Assembly: GCA_964016885.1 (NCBI GenBank)
Contig: OZ024766.1
Span: 18,972,001-19,036,000, forward strand
Length of the DNA stretch: 64,000 nucleotides
Reading direction: 5' to 3'
Origin: Eledone cirrhosa
Taxonomy: Eukaryota
Shown one piece after another: positions 16,060-28,344 of this stretch (position 1 is the stretch's first letter; each line of letters opens with the position of its first letter). Both the position numbers and the translations under genes were made by a program. Below the pieces are notes generated by a model, which saw only the letters and a list, made by a program, of their open reading frames with translations, ran no database searches and had not been told where the DNA came from.

Positions 16060-18872
16060 GATGATGACTGTTGGGTGAAGAAGTGTCAGGAGTTCCCAGT
16101 GGAAGGAAGCTGCAGTAGAGGAAGACCTGGGTATAAGAGGAGACTGCACTGGTATAGACATGTGATGTGTATGGATTGTGATTGTTGGGTGAAGAAGTGT
16201 CAGGAGTTCCCAGTGGAAGGAAGCTGCAGTAGAGGAAGACCTGGGTATAAGAGGAGACTGCACTGGTGTAGACATGTGATGTGTATGGATGGTGATTGTT
16301 GGGTGAAGAAGTGTCAGGAGTTCCCAGTGGAAGGAAGCTGCAGTAGAGGAAGACCTGGGTATAAGAGGAGACTGCACTGGTGTAGACATGTCGTGTGCAT
16401 GGATGGTGACTGTTGGGTGAAGAAGTGTCAGGAGTTCCCAGTGGAAGGAAGCTGCAGTAGAGGAAGACCTGGGTATAAGAGGAGACTGCACTGGTGTAGA
16501 CATGTGATGTGTATGGATGGTGATTGTTGGGTGAAGATGTGTCAAGAGTTCCCAGTGGAAGGAAGCTGCACTAGAGGAAGACCTTGGTATAAGAGGAGAC
16601 TGCACTGGTATAGACATGTGGTGTGTATGGATGGTGATTGTTGGGTGAAGAAGTGTCAGGAGTTCCCAGTGGAAGGAAGCTGCAGTAGAGGAAGACCTGG
16701 GTATAAGAGGAATCAGATGTAGTGTGTAGGAGAGAAGACTGCACTGGTATGGACATGTGGTGTGTATGGATGGTGATTGTTGGGTGAAGAAGTGTCAGGA
16801 GTTCCCAGTGGAAGGAAGCTGCAATAGAGGAAGACCTGGGTATAAGAGAGGAGACTGCACTGGTGTGGACATGTGATGTGTATGGATGGTGATTGTTGGG
16901 TGAAGAAGTGTCAGGAGTTCCCAGTGGAAGGAAGCTGCAGTAGAGGAAGACCTGGGTATAAGAGGAATCAGATGTAGTGTGTAGGAGAGGAGACTGAGCT
17001 GGTATAGACATGTGATGTGTATGGATGGTGATTGTTGGGTGAAGAAGTGTCAGGAGTTCCCAGTGGAAGGAAGCTGCAGTAGAGGAAGACCTGGGTATAA
17101 GAGGAATCAGATGTAGTGTGTAGGAGAGGAGACTGCACTGGTATAGACATGTGGTGTGTATGGATGGTGATTGTTGGGTGAAGAAGTGTCAGGAGTTCCC
17201 AGTGGAAGGAAGCTGCAGTAGAGGAAGACCTGGGTATAAGAGGAATCAGATGTAGTGTGTAGGAGAGGAGACTGCACAGGTATAGACATGTGGTGTGTAT
17301 GGATGGTGATTGTTGGGTGAAGAAGTGTCAGGAGTTCCCAGTGGAAGGAAGCTGCAGTAGAGGAAGACCTGGGTATAAGAGGAATCAGATGTAGTGTGTA
17401 GGAGAGGAGACTGAGCTGGTATAGACATGTGATGTGTATGGATGGTGATTGTTGGGTGAAGAAGTGTCAGGAGTTCCCAGTGGAAGGAAGCTGCAGTAGA
17501 GGAAGACCTGGGTATAAGAGGAATCAGATGTAGTGTGTAGGAGAGGAGACTGCACTGGTATAGACATGTGGTGTGTATGGATGGTGATTGTTGGGTGAAG
17601 AAGTGTCAGGAGTTCCCAGTGGAAGGAAGCTGCAGTAGAGGAAGACCTGGGTATAAGAGGAATCAGATGTAGTGTGTAGGAGAGGAGACTGCACTGGTAT
17701 AGACATGTGGTGTGTATGGATGGTGATTGTTGGGTGAAGAAGTGTCAGGAGTTCCCAGTGGAAGGAAGCTGCAGTAGAGGAAGACCTGGGTATAAGAGGA
17801 GACTGCACTGGTATAGACATGTGATGTGTATGGATGGTGATTGTTGGGTGAAGAAGTGTCAGGAGTTCCCAGTGGAAGGAAGCCGCAGTAGAGGAAGACC
17901 TGGGTATAAGAGGAATCAGATGTAGTGTGTAGGAGAGAAGACTGCACTGGTATGGACATGTGGTGTGTATGGATGGTGATTGTTGGGTGAAGAAGTGTCA
18001 GGAGTTCCCAGTGGAAGGAAGCTGCAGTAGAGGAAGACCTGGGTATAAGAGGAATCAGATGTAGTGTGTAGGAGAGAAGACTGCACTGGTATGGACATGT
18101 GATGTGTATGGATGGTGATTGTTGGGTGAAGAAGTGTCAGGAGTTCCCAGTGGAAGGAAGCTGAAGTAGAGGAAGACCTGGGTATAAGAGGAATCAGATG
18201 TAGTGTGTAGGAGAGGAGACTGCTCTGGTGTGGACATGTGATGTGTATGGATGGTGATTGTTGGGTGAAGAAGTGTCAGGAGTTCCCAGTGGAAGGAAGC
18301 TGCAGTAGAGGAAGACCTGGGTATAAGAGGAATCAGATGTAGTGTGTAGGAGAGGAGACTGCACTGGTATAGACATGTGGTGTGTATGGATGGTGATTGT
18401 TGGGTGAAGAAGTGTCAGGAGTTCCCAGTGGAAGGAAGCTGCAGTAGAGGAAGACCTGGGTATAAGAGGAGACTGCACTGGTATAGACATGTGATGTGTA
18501 TGGATGGTGATTGTTGGGTGAAGAAGTGTCAGGAGTTCCCAGTGGAAGGAAGCCGCAGTAGAGGAAGACCTGGGTATAGGAGGAATCAGATGTAGTGTAT
18601 AAGAGAGGAGACTGCACTGGTGTAGACATGTGGTGTGTATGGATGGTGATTGTTGGGTGAAGAAGTGTCAGGGGTTCCCAGGGGAAGGAAGCTGCAGTAG
18701 AGGAAGACCTGGGTATAAGAGGAGACTGCACTGGTGTGGACATGTGGTGTGTATGGATGGTGATTGTTGGGTGAAGAAGTATCAGGAGTTCCCAGTGGAA
18801 GGAAGCTGCAGTAGAGGAAGACCAAGGAAGACCTGGGCAGAGAGGAGACTGCACTGGTGTGGACATGTGATG
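16060..18872 (+). repeat. 114/139-bp RTE-derived satellite (array 2)
   Basis: Same unit as 1677-5589, richer in the 139-bp form; the last unit keeps GRPRKTW. Confidence 0.93.
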
Positions 18873-19490
18873 AGCAGAGCACCTTTAATTGAGTAACTTA
18901 ACTGATAATATCTGTTATTCGGCCGCATTGAAACAACTATAGAAGTGTCATGGAGGGGAGACCCCTCCTTCGGTCAGGAATGACCATGAGGTTTACACCT
19001 AGAGAGTTCCTCTCCGTGGTCACAAGTCCAGGCAAGGTTATTTGTGAAAGCCCTGCAGTCCCCGCTACACACCAGTCTCTCCTCTATCTACCCCACTGAT
19101 GTTATCCGAGAGAAAGGCAATGGTTGATACAGCTTGGCACCAGTGACATCACAACATATATATACACCATATATATACACTGTATGGTATATATACATTA
19201 TATATACACCTTGTACAGTATATATACATTATATATACACTATGTACAGTATATATTATACACTATATATGATGTTGTCCAAGAGAAAGGCAATGGCTGA
19301 TACAGCTTGACATCACAACATATATATACACCATATATACACACTGTATGGTATATATACATTATATATATATACACTATGTACGGTATATATACATTAT
19401 ATTTATATATACACTTTGTACAGTATATATACATTATATATACACTTTGTACAGTATATATACATTATATATATACACTTTGTACAGTAT

Positions 19491-20657
19491 CATCATCATC
19501 ATCATCATCATCACCGTTTTACGTCCGTTCTTCCACGCTAGCATGGGTTAGACGGGTTGTCCTGTTGTGGGCAGTGTCTGGTCGGCTGACCATGCCTTGC
19601 TCATACAGGAACTGATCTGGCTTGATTTCTACAGCTGGATGCCCTTCCTAACACCAACCTCATTTACAGTGAGTGCTGGGTGCTTTTTCGTGGCGCCTAC
19701 ACGTCCACTTTACAGTGTGGGCTGGGTGCTTTTTTGCCGTGGCACCTCCACGACCACCTTGCGGTGGGGGGGGGGGGGGCATATTGTTTATATGCTTCAG
19801 CATGTACCCATGGGAGGTCGGGTACCCTGTATTACTGCGTGACGCCAGAAGTCACGGTCGTGTGTCATTGACTTTGAGAGGTGTAGTTGGGTAAGGTCGG
19901 CTTTTATCACCTCATCCCAAGTCATCTTGGGTCTCCCCACTCCGCGGTTTCCATCAACTTCTAGTGCTCTGCACCTTTTTATGCAGCTGTCATCCTTCAT
20001 ACGCATCACATGTCCATACCAGCGTAACCGCCTCTCCTGCACGCAGCATTTGATTCCTCTTATGCTCAGTCTCTCTCTCAATTCATTTATGCTTTGTCGT
20101 TCACGTATATTACTGTTACACATCCATCGGAGCATGCAGGCTTCGTTTCTCTCTAATCTACGTAAGTCTTCCACCTTCAGCGCCCAGGTCTCACTACCAT
20201 GCAACATCGCTGTTCGGATACACGCATCATACAGTCTGCCTTTCATTCTGAGGGAGAAGCCTTTTGCAGCTAGCAGTGGTAGTAGTTCCCTAAACTTCTT
20301 CCATCCCGTTCTTACCCTAGTTATTGTACTTTCTGAGCACCCACCTCCGTTGCTAATTCGGTCACCTAGGTAGCAGAAGCTGTCTACTGTTTCTACAGGG
20401 CCCTCCCAGAGATTGGTGGTACTTGTTTCCTGTGGCTGTTTGCTTGCTGTTTCAGCACAGCTGCTGCATGTGAATCCTACATTCTTAATTAAGCTTCCTG
20501 AGATCCCGCTACATCTCTTGTGTACCCATTGTTTGCATTTGGGGCAAAGAATGGAGTTCCTACCTACACCTTTCCTACATACTGAGCAAGGCCATTTCCC
20601 TGAGGGGATCTGGGTTCTGTTTTCTCGTCTACTTATAAGGACCTTAGTCTTTGTCAT
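19491..20657 (-). mobile_element. 5'-truncated RTE-clade non-LTR retrotransposon
   Basis: RT C-terminal ORF, 3' UTR and (GAT)n tail at 19491-19512; flanking 20-bp direct repeat ATATACACTTTGTACAGTAT (19471-19490 and 20695-20714). Confidence 0.92.
19797..20657 (-). CDS. Partial RTE-type reverse transcriptase C-terminal region with PHD-like zinc finger (retroelement ORF fragment)
   Basis: Motifs KTKVL, CSVC..C..C..WVH..C..C..C, FCYLG, MLHGSETW, RRLRWYGHV.RM and GRPKMTW; no stop over 286 codons; the start Met is probably only the truncation point. Confidence 0.9.
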   Translation of the reverse strand: MTKTKVLISRRENRTQIPSGKWPCSVCRKGVGRNSILCPKCKQWVHKRCSGISGSLIKNVGFTCSSCAETASKQPQETSTTNLWEGPVETVDSFCYLGDRISNGGGCSESTITRVRTGWKKFRELLPLLAAKGFSLRMKGRLYDACIRTAMLHGSETWALKVEDLRRLERNEACMLRWMCNSNIRERQSINELRERLSIRGIKCCVQERRLRWYGHVMRMKDDSCIKRCRALEVDGNRGVGRPKMTWDEVIKADLTQLHLSKSMTHDRDFWRHAVIQGTRPPMGTC

Positions 20658-21119
20658 GTATATACACTTATAAGGACCTTAGTCTTTGTCATGTATATAC
20701 ACTTTGTACAGTATATATACATTATATATATACACTATGTACGGTATATATACATTATATATACACTATGTACGGTATATATACATTATATATACACTAT
20801 GTACGGTATATATACATTATATATACACTTTGTACAGTATATATACATTATATATATACACTATGTACGGTATATATACATTATATATACACTGTACAGT
20901 ATATATACATTATATATACACTGTACAGTATATATACATTATATATATACACTATGTACAGTATATATTATACACTATATATGATGTTGTCCAAGAGAAA
21001 GGCAATGGCTGATACAGCTTGGCTCCAGTGACATTGCAGCTCATTTCTACACCTGAGTAAACTGGAGCAACATTAAGTAAAGTGTCTTGCTCAAGGACAC
21101 AACACATCCCCCCCCCTCG

Positions 21120-22395
21120 CCATCACGACCACTTTACTGTGTGGACTGGGTGCTATTTGTCGTGTCACCATCACGACCTCTCTACAGTGTGGATGGGTGC
21201 TGTTTGTTGTGACACCTACATACATGACCACTTTACAGTGTGGACTGGGTGCTTTTTGTTGTGACACCTACATGACCACTTTACAGTGTGGACTGGGTAC
21301 TTTTTGTTGTGACACCTACATGACCACTTTACAGTGTGGACTGGGTACTTTTTGTTGTGACACCTACATGACCACTTTACAGTGTGGACTGGGTGCTGTT
21401 TGTTGTGACACCTACATACATGACCACTTTACAGTGTGGACTGGGTACTTTTTGTTGTGACACCTACATGACCACTTTACAGTGTGGACTGGGTACTTTT
21501 TGTTGTGACACCTACATGACCACTTTACAGTGTCGACTGGGTACTGTTTGTTGTGACACCTACATGACCACTTTACAGTGTGGACTGGGTACTTTTTGTT
21601 GTGACACCTACATGACCATTTTACAGTGTGGACTGGGTACTTTTTGTTGTGACACCTACATGACCACTTTACAGTGTGGACTGGGTACTTTTTGTTGTGA
21701 CACCTACATGACCACTTTACAGTGTGGACTGGATACTTTTTGTTGTGACCCCTACATGACCACTTTACAGTGTGGACTGGGTGCTTTTTGTTGTGACACC
21801 TACACGACCACTTTACAGTGTGGACTGGGTACTTTTTGTTGTGACACCTACATGACCACTTTACAGTGTGGACTGGGTGCTGTTTGTTGTGACACCTACA
21901 TGACCACTTTACAGTGTGGACTGGGTGCTTTTTGTCATGACACCCACTCAATCACTTTACAGTGTGGAATGGGTGCTATTTGTCGTGACACCTACATGAC
22001 CACTTTACAGTGTGGGCTGGGTACTGTTTGTTGTGACACCTACATGACCACTTTACAGTGTGGACTGGGTGCTGTTTGTTGTGACACCTACATGACCACT
22101 TTACAGTGTGGACTGGGTGCTTTTTGTTGTGTCACCATCACGACCGCTTTACAGTGTGGACTAGGTGCTTTTTGTCGTGACACCTACATGACCACTTTAC
22201 AGTGTGGACTGGGTACTTTTTGTTGTGACACCTACATGACCACTTTACAGTGTGGACTGGGTACTTTTTGTCGTGACACCTACATGACCACTTTACAGTG
22301 TGGACTGGGTACTTTTTGTTGTGACACCTACATGACCACTTTACAGTGTGGACTGGGTACTTTTTGTCGTGACACCTACATGACCACTTTACAGG
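21120..22395 (-). repeat. 39-bp minisatellite derived from the RTE 3' UTR
   Basis: Unit CATGACCACTTTACAGTGTGGACTGGGTACTTTTTGTTGTGACACCTA-like, matches 19660-19757. Confidence 0.92.
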
Positions 22396-22763
22396 GTGGA
22401 CCAGGAATGGTAACATGTGCAGACTCGACCGGTAAGAAGGACACAGTCACAAACCTACATGTGGGTGGCTCAAGTCTTATGCGCTGTTAACCTGGACAGT
22501 AACACGCTTAAACAGTGTCTTGCACGTCGGAGCAGCCCTTTTGGGGGATGCACTGCTTACCCATACCACATGTTAAGGGTTTAGAAAAGGTGACCAGTCA
22601 TCAAACTGGCCAGCGGCCTGTAGTTGGTGTCCTGTCCAGGGGAAAGCTTGTCTTCCTGTCTTCTACATTGCAGGGTGCTAGGACACTTGAGATCTCAACA
22701 GCAACCAGTGCATATAGGAAGCGGGGACAGACAAATCCTTGTATTTGCTCCTCTTCCTGTTTT

Positions 22764-25700
22764 CTACATTGCAGGGTGCGAGGAGACCCGAGGTTTTGAT
22801 AGCGGCCAAAGTAGCTGGACAAGCTGTTATATTTGCTTGTTTCCCGGTCACCCACATTGCAGGGTGCGAGGACACCACCCGAGGTTTTAATAACGGCCAA
22901 AGCAGCTGGACAAGCTGTTATATTTGCTTGTTTCCCGGTCACCCACATTGCAGGGTGCGAGGACACCACCCGAGGCTTTGATAGGGGCCAAAGTAGCTGG
23001 ACAAGCTGTTATATTTGCTTGTTTTCCGGTCACCTACATTGCAGGGTGCGAGGACACCACCCGAGGTTTTGATAGGGGCCAAAGTAGCTGGACAAGCTGT
23101 TATATTTGCTTGTTTCCCGGTCGCCCACATTGCAGGGTGCGAGGACACCACCCGAGGCTTTGATAGGGGCCAAAGTAGCTGGACAAGCTGTTATATTTGC
23201 TTGTTTCCCGGTCGCCAACATTGCAGGGTGCGAGGACACCACCCGAGGTTTTGATAGGGGGCCAAAGTAGCTGGACAAGCTGTTATATTTGCTTGTTTCC
23301 CGGTCACCCACATTGCAGGGTGCGAGGACACCACCCGAGGTTTTGATAGGGGGCCAAAGTAGCTGGACAAGCTGTTATATTTGCTTGTTTCCCGGTCACC
23401 CACATTGCAGGGTGCGAGGACACCACCCGAGGCTTTGATAGCGGCCAAAGTAGCTGGACAAGCTGTTATATTTGCTTGTTTCCCGGTCACCCACATTGCA
23501 GGGTGCGAGGACACCACCCGAGGCTTTGATAGGGGCCAAAGTAGCTGGACAAGCTGTTATATTTGCTTGTTTCCTGGTCACCCACATTGCAGGGTGCGAG
23601 GACACCACCCGAGGCTTTGATAGGGGCCAAAGTAGCTGGACAAGCTGTTATATTTGCTTGTTTCCCGGTCACCCACATTGCAGGGTGCGAGGACACCACC
23701 CGAGGTTTTGATAGGGGCCAAAGTAGCTGGACAAGCTGTTATATTTGCTTGTTTCCTGGTCACCCACATTGCAGGGTGCGAGGACACCGGAGGTTTTGAT
23801 AGGGGCCAAAGTAGCTGGACAAGCTGTTATATTTGCTTGTTTCCCGGTCACCCACATTGCAGGGTGCGAGGACACCACCCGAGGTTTTGATAGGGGCCAA
23901 AGCAGCTGGACAAGCTGTTATATTTGCTTGTTTCCTGGTCACCCACATTGCAGGGTGCGAGGACACCGGAGGTTTTGATAGGGGCCAAAGTAGCTGGACA
24001 AGCTGTTATATTTGCTTGTTTCCCGGTCACCCACATTGCAGGGTGCGAGGACACCACCCGAGGCTTTGATAGGGGCCAAAGCAGCTGGACAAGCTGTTAT
24101 ATTTGCTTGTTTCCTGGTCACCCACATTGCAGGGTGCGAGGACACCGGAGGTTTTGATAGGGGCCAAAGTAGCTGGACAAGCTGTTATATTTGCTTGTTT
24201 CCCGGTCACCCACATTGCAGGGTGCGAGGACACCACCCGAGGTTTTAATAGGGGCCAAAGTAGCTGGACAAGCTGTTATATTTGCTTGTTTCCTGGTCAC
24301 CCACATTGCAGGGTGCGAGGACACCACCCGAGGTTTTAATAGGGGCCAAAGTAGCTGGACAAGCTGTTATATTTGCTTGTTTCCCGGTCACCCACATTGC
24401 AGGGTGCGAGGACACCACCCGAGGCTTTGATAGGGGCCAAAGTAGCTGGACAAGCTGTTATATTTGCTTGTTTCCTGGTCACCCACATTGCAGGGTGCGA
24501 GGACACCACCCGAGGTTTTGATAGGGGCCAAAGTAGCTGGACAAGCTGTTATATTTGCTTGTTTCCCGGTCACCCACATTGCAGGGTGCGAGGACACCAC
24601 CCGAGGTTTTGATAGCGGCCAAAGTAGCTGGACAAGCTGTTATATTTGCTTGTTTCCTGGTCACCCACATTGCAGGGTGCGAGGACACCACCCGAGGTTT
24701 TGATAGCGGCCAAAGTAGCTGGACAAGCTGTTATATTTGCTTGTTTCCCGGTCGCCCACATTGCAGGGTGCGAGGACACCACCCGAGGCTTTGATAGGGG
24801 CCAAAGTAGCTGGACAAGCTGTTATATTTGCTTGTTTCCTGGTCACCCACATTGCAGGGTGCGAGGACACCACCCGAGGTTTTGATAGGGGCCAAAGCAG
24901 CTGGACAAGCTGTTATATTTGCTTGTTTCCCGGTCACCCACATTGCAGGGTGCGAGGACACCACCTGAGGCTTTGATAGGGGCCAAAGCAGCTGGACAAG
25001 CTGTTATATTTGCTTGTTTCCCGGTCACCCACATTGCAGGGTGCGAGGACACCACCCGAGGTTTTAATAGCGGCCAAAGCAGCTGGACAAGCTGTTATAT
25101 TTGCTTGTTTCCCGGTCACCCACATTGCAGGGTGCGAGGACACCACCCGAGGTTTTAATAGCGGCCAAAGCAGCTGGACAAGCTGTTATATTTGCTTGTT
25201 TTCCCGGTCACCCACATTGCAGGGTGCGAGGACACCACCCGAGGCTTTGATAGGGGCCAAAGTAGCTGGACAAGCTGTTATATTTGCTTGTTTCCCGGTC
25301 ACCCACATTGCAGGGTGCGAGGACACCACCCGAGGCTTTGATAGCGGCCAAAGTAGCTGGACAAGCTGTTATATTTGCTTGTTTCCCGGTCACCCACATT
25401 GCAGGGTGCGAGGACACCACCCGAGGTTTTGATAGGGGCCAAAGTAGCTGGACAAGCTGTTATATTTGCTTGTTTCCCGGTCACCCACATTGCAGGGTGC
25501 GAGGACACCACCCGAGGCTTTGATAGGGGCCAAAGTAGCTGGACAAGCTGTTATATTTGCTTGTTTCCTGGTCACCCACATTGCAGGGTGCGAGGACACC
25601 ACCCGAGGTTTTGATAGGGGCCAAAGTAGCTGGACAAGCTGTTATATTTGCTTGTTTCCCGGTCACCCACATTGCAGGGTGCGAGGACACCACCCGAGGC

Positions 25701-28136
25701 TTTGATAGGGGCCAAAGTAGCTGGACAAGCTGTTATATTTGCTTGTTTCCTGGTCACCCACATTGCAGGGTGCGAGGACACCACCCGAGGCTTTGATAGC
25801 GGCCAAAGCAGCTGGACAAGCTGTTATATTTGCTTGTTTCCCGGTCACCCACATTGCAGGGTGCGAGGACACCACCCGAGGTTTTGATAGGGGCCAAAGT
25901 AGCTGGACAAGCTGTTATATTTGCTTGTTTCCTGGTCACCCACATTGCAGGGTGCGAGGACACCACCCGAGGCTTTTAATAGCGGCCAATGTAGCTGGAC
26001 AAGCTGTTATATTTGCTTGTTTCCCGGTCACCCACATTGCAGGGTGCGAGGACACCACCCGAGGCTTTGATAGCGGCCAAAGTAGCTGGACAAGCTGTTA
26101 TATTTGCTTGTTTCCCGGTCACCCACATTGCAGGGTGCGAGGACACCACCCGAGGTTTTGATAGCGGCCAAAGTAGCTGGACAAGCTGTTATATTTGCTT
26201 GTTTCCCGGTCACCCACATTGCAGGGTGCGAGGACACCACCCGAGGTTTTGATAGGGGCCAAAGTAGCTGGACAAGCTGTTATATTTGCTTGTTTCCCGG
26301 TCGCCCACATTGCAGGGTGCGAGGACACCACCCGAGGTTTTGATAGGGGCCAAAGTAGCTGGACAAGCTGTTATATTTGCTTGTTTCCCGGTCGCCCACA
26401 TTGCAGGGTGCGAGGACACCACCCGAGGCTTTGATAGGGGCCAAAGTAGCTGGACAAGCTGTTATATTTGCTTGTTTCCCGGTCACCCACATTGCAGGGT
26501 GCGAGGACACCACCCGAGGTTTTGATAGCGGCCAAAGTAGCTGGACAAGCTGTTATATTTGCTTGTTTCCCGGTCACCCACATTGCAGGGTGCGAGGACA
26601 CCACCCGAGGTTTTGATAGGGGCCAAAGTAGCTGGACAAGCTGTTATATTTGCTTGTTTCCCGGTCACCCACATTGCAGGGTGCGAGGACACCACCCGAG
26701 GTTTTAATAGGGGCCAAAGCAGCTGGACAAGCTGTTATATTTGCTTGTTTCCCGGTCACCCACATTGCAGGGTGCGAGGACACCACCCGAGGTTTTAATA
26801 GCGGCCAAAGCAGCTGGACAAGCTGTTATATTTGCTTGTTTCCCGGTCACCCACATTGCAGGGTGCGAGGACACCACCCGAGGTTTTAATAGGGGCCAAA
26901 GCAGCTGGACAAGCTGTTATATTTGCTTGTTTCCCGGTCACCCACATTGCAGGGTGCGAGGACACCACCCGAGGTTTTGATAGGGGCCAAAGTAGCTGGA
27001 CAAGCTGTTATATTTGCTTGTTTCCCGGTCACCCACATTGCAGGGTGCGAGGACACCACCCGAGGTTTTGATAGGGGCCAAAGTAGCTGGACAAGCTGTT
27101 ATATTTGCTTGTTTCCCGGTCACCCACATTGCAGGGTGCGAGGACACCACCCGAGGTTTTGATAGGGGCCAAAGTAGCTGGACAAGCTGTTATATTTGCT
27201 TGTTTCCCGGTCGCCCACATTGCAGGGTGCGAGGACACCACCCGAGGTTTTGATAGGGGCCAAAGTAGCTGGACAAGCTGTTATATTTGCTTGTTTCCCG
27301 GTCGCCCACATTGCAGGGTGCGAGGACACCACCCGAGGCTTTGATAGGGGCCAAAGTAGCTGGACAAGCTGTTATATTTGCTTGTTTCCCGGTCACCCAC
27401 ATTGCAGGGTGCGAGGACACCACCCGAGGTTTTGATAGGGGCCAAAGTAGCTGGACAAGCTGTTATATTTGCTTGTTTCCCGGTCACCCACATTGCAGGG
27501 TGCGAGGACACCACCCGAGGTTTTAATAGGGGCCAAAGCAGCTGGACAAGCTGTTATATTTGCTTGTTTCCCGGTCACCCACATTGCAGGGTGCGAGGAC
27601 ACCACCCGAGGTTTTAATAGCGGCCAAAGCAGCTGGACAAGCTGTTATATTTGCTTGTTTCCCGGTCACCCACATTGCAGGGTGCGAGGACACCACCCGA
27701 GGTTTTAATAGGGGCCAAAGCAGCTGGACAAGCTGTTATATTTGCTTGTTTCCCGGTCACCCACATTGCAGGGTGCGAGGACACCACCCGAGGTTTTGAT
27801 AGGGGCCAAAGTAGCTGGACAAGCTGTTATATTTGCTTGTTTCCCGGTCACCCACATTGCAGGGTGCGAGGACACCACCCGAGGTTTTGATAGGGGCCAA
27901 AGTAGCTGGACAAGCTGTTATATTTGCTTGTTTTCCGGTCACCCACATTGCAGGGTGCGAGGACACCACCCGAGGTTTTAATAGCGGCCAAAGCAGCTGG
28001 ACAAGCTGTTATATTTGCTTGTTTCCCGGTCACCCACATTGCAGGGTGCGAGGACACCACCCGAGGCTTTGATAGGGGCCAAAGCAGCTGGACAAGCTGT
28101 TATATTTGCTTGTTTCCCGGTCACCCACATTGCAGG
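22764..28136. repeat. 91-bp satellite (~59 copies)
   Basis: Unit CACATTGCAGGGTGCGAGGACACCACCCGAGG.TTTGATAGGGGCCAAAGTAGCTGGACAAGCTGTTATATTTGCTTGTTTCCCGGTCACC; ORF track repeats every 91 bp. Confidence 0.97.
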
Positions 28137-28344
28137 ATTGCGGTCCTGGGGTTTGTGGCCGAACCAACAAAGTCGAAGGGCGGAGAATGTGTCACAGAAT
28201 GTGGGTAGCTCGAGTCTTATGCACCGTTACCCTGGACAGTAACATACTTTGGCAGTGTCTTGCGCATCAGAGCAGCCCTTTTTCTATCTGTTGATATCAC
28301 TATACTTACCCATACCACCATAGTGACAAAATATATAAATATAT

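Larger units (their letters stand above)
18950..21107 (-). mobile_element. SINE body split by local duplications and an RTE insertion
   Basis: GATGTT.TCC.AGAGAAAGGCAATGG.TGATACAGCTTG occurs at ~19098, ~19271 and ~20983; 21040-21105 is the reverse complement of the SINE body at 28420-28487. Confidence 0.7.

Noticed and set aside
21384-22490. Cys-rich 368-aa ORF (metallothionein-like look)
   Set aside because: In-frame translation of the RTE-UTR-derived tandem repeat
22739-28294. Dozens of ~70-79 aa ORFs
   Set aside because: Periodic artefact of the 91-bp unit, which is not a multiple of 3
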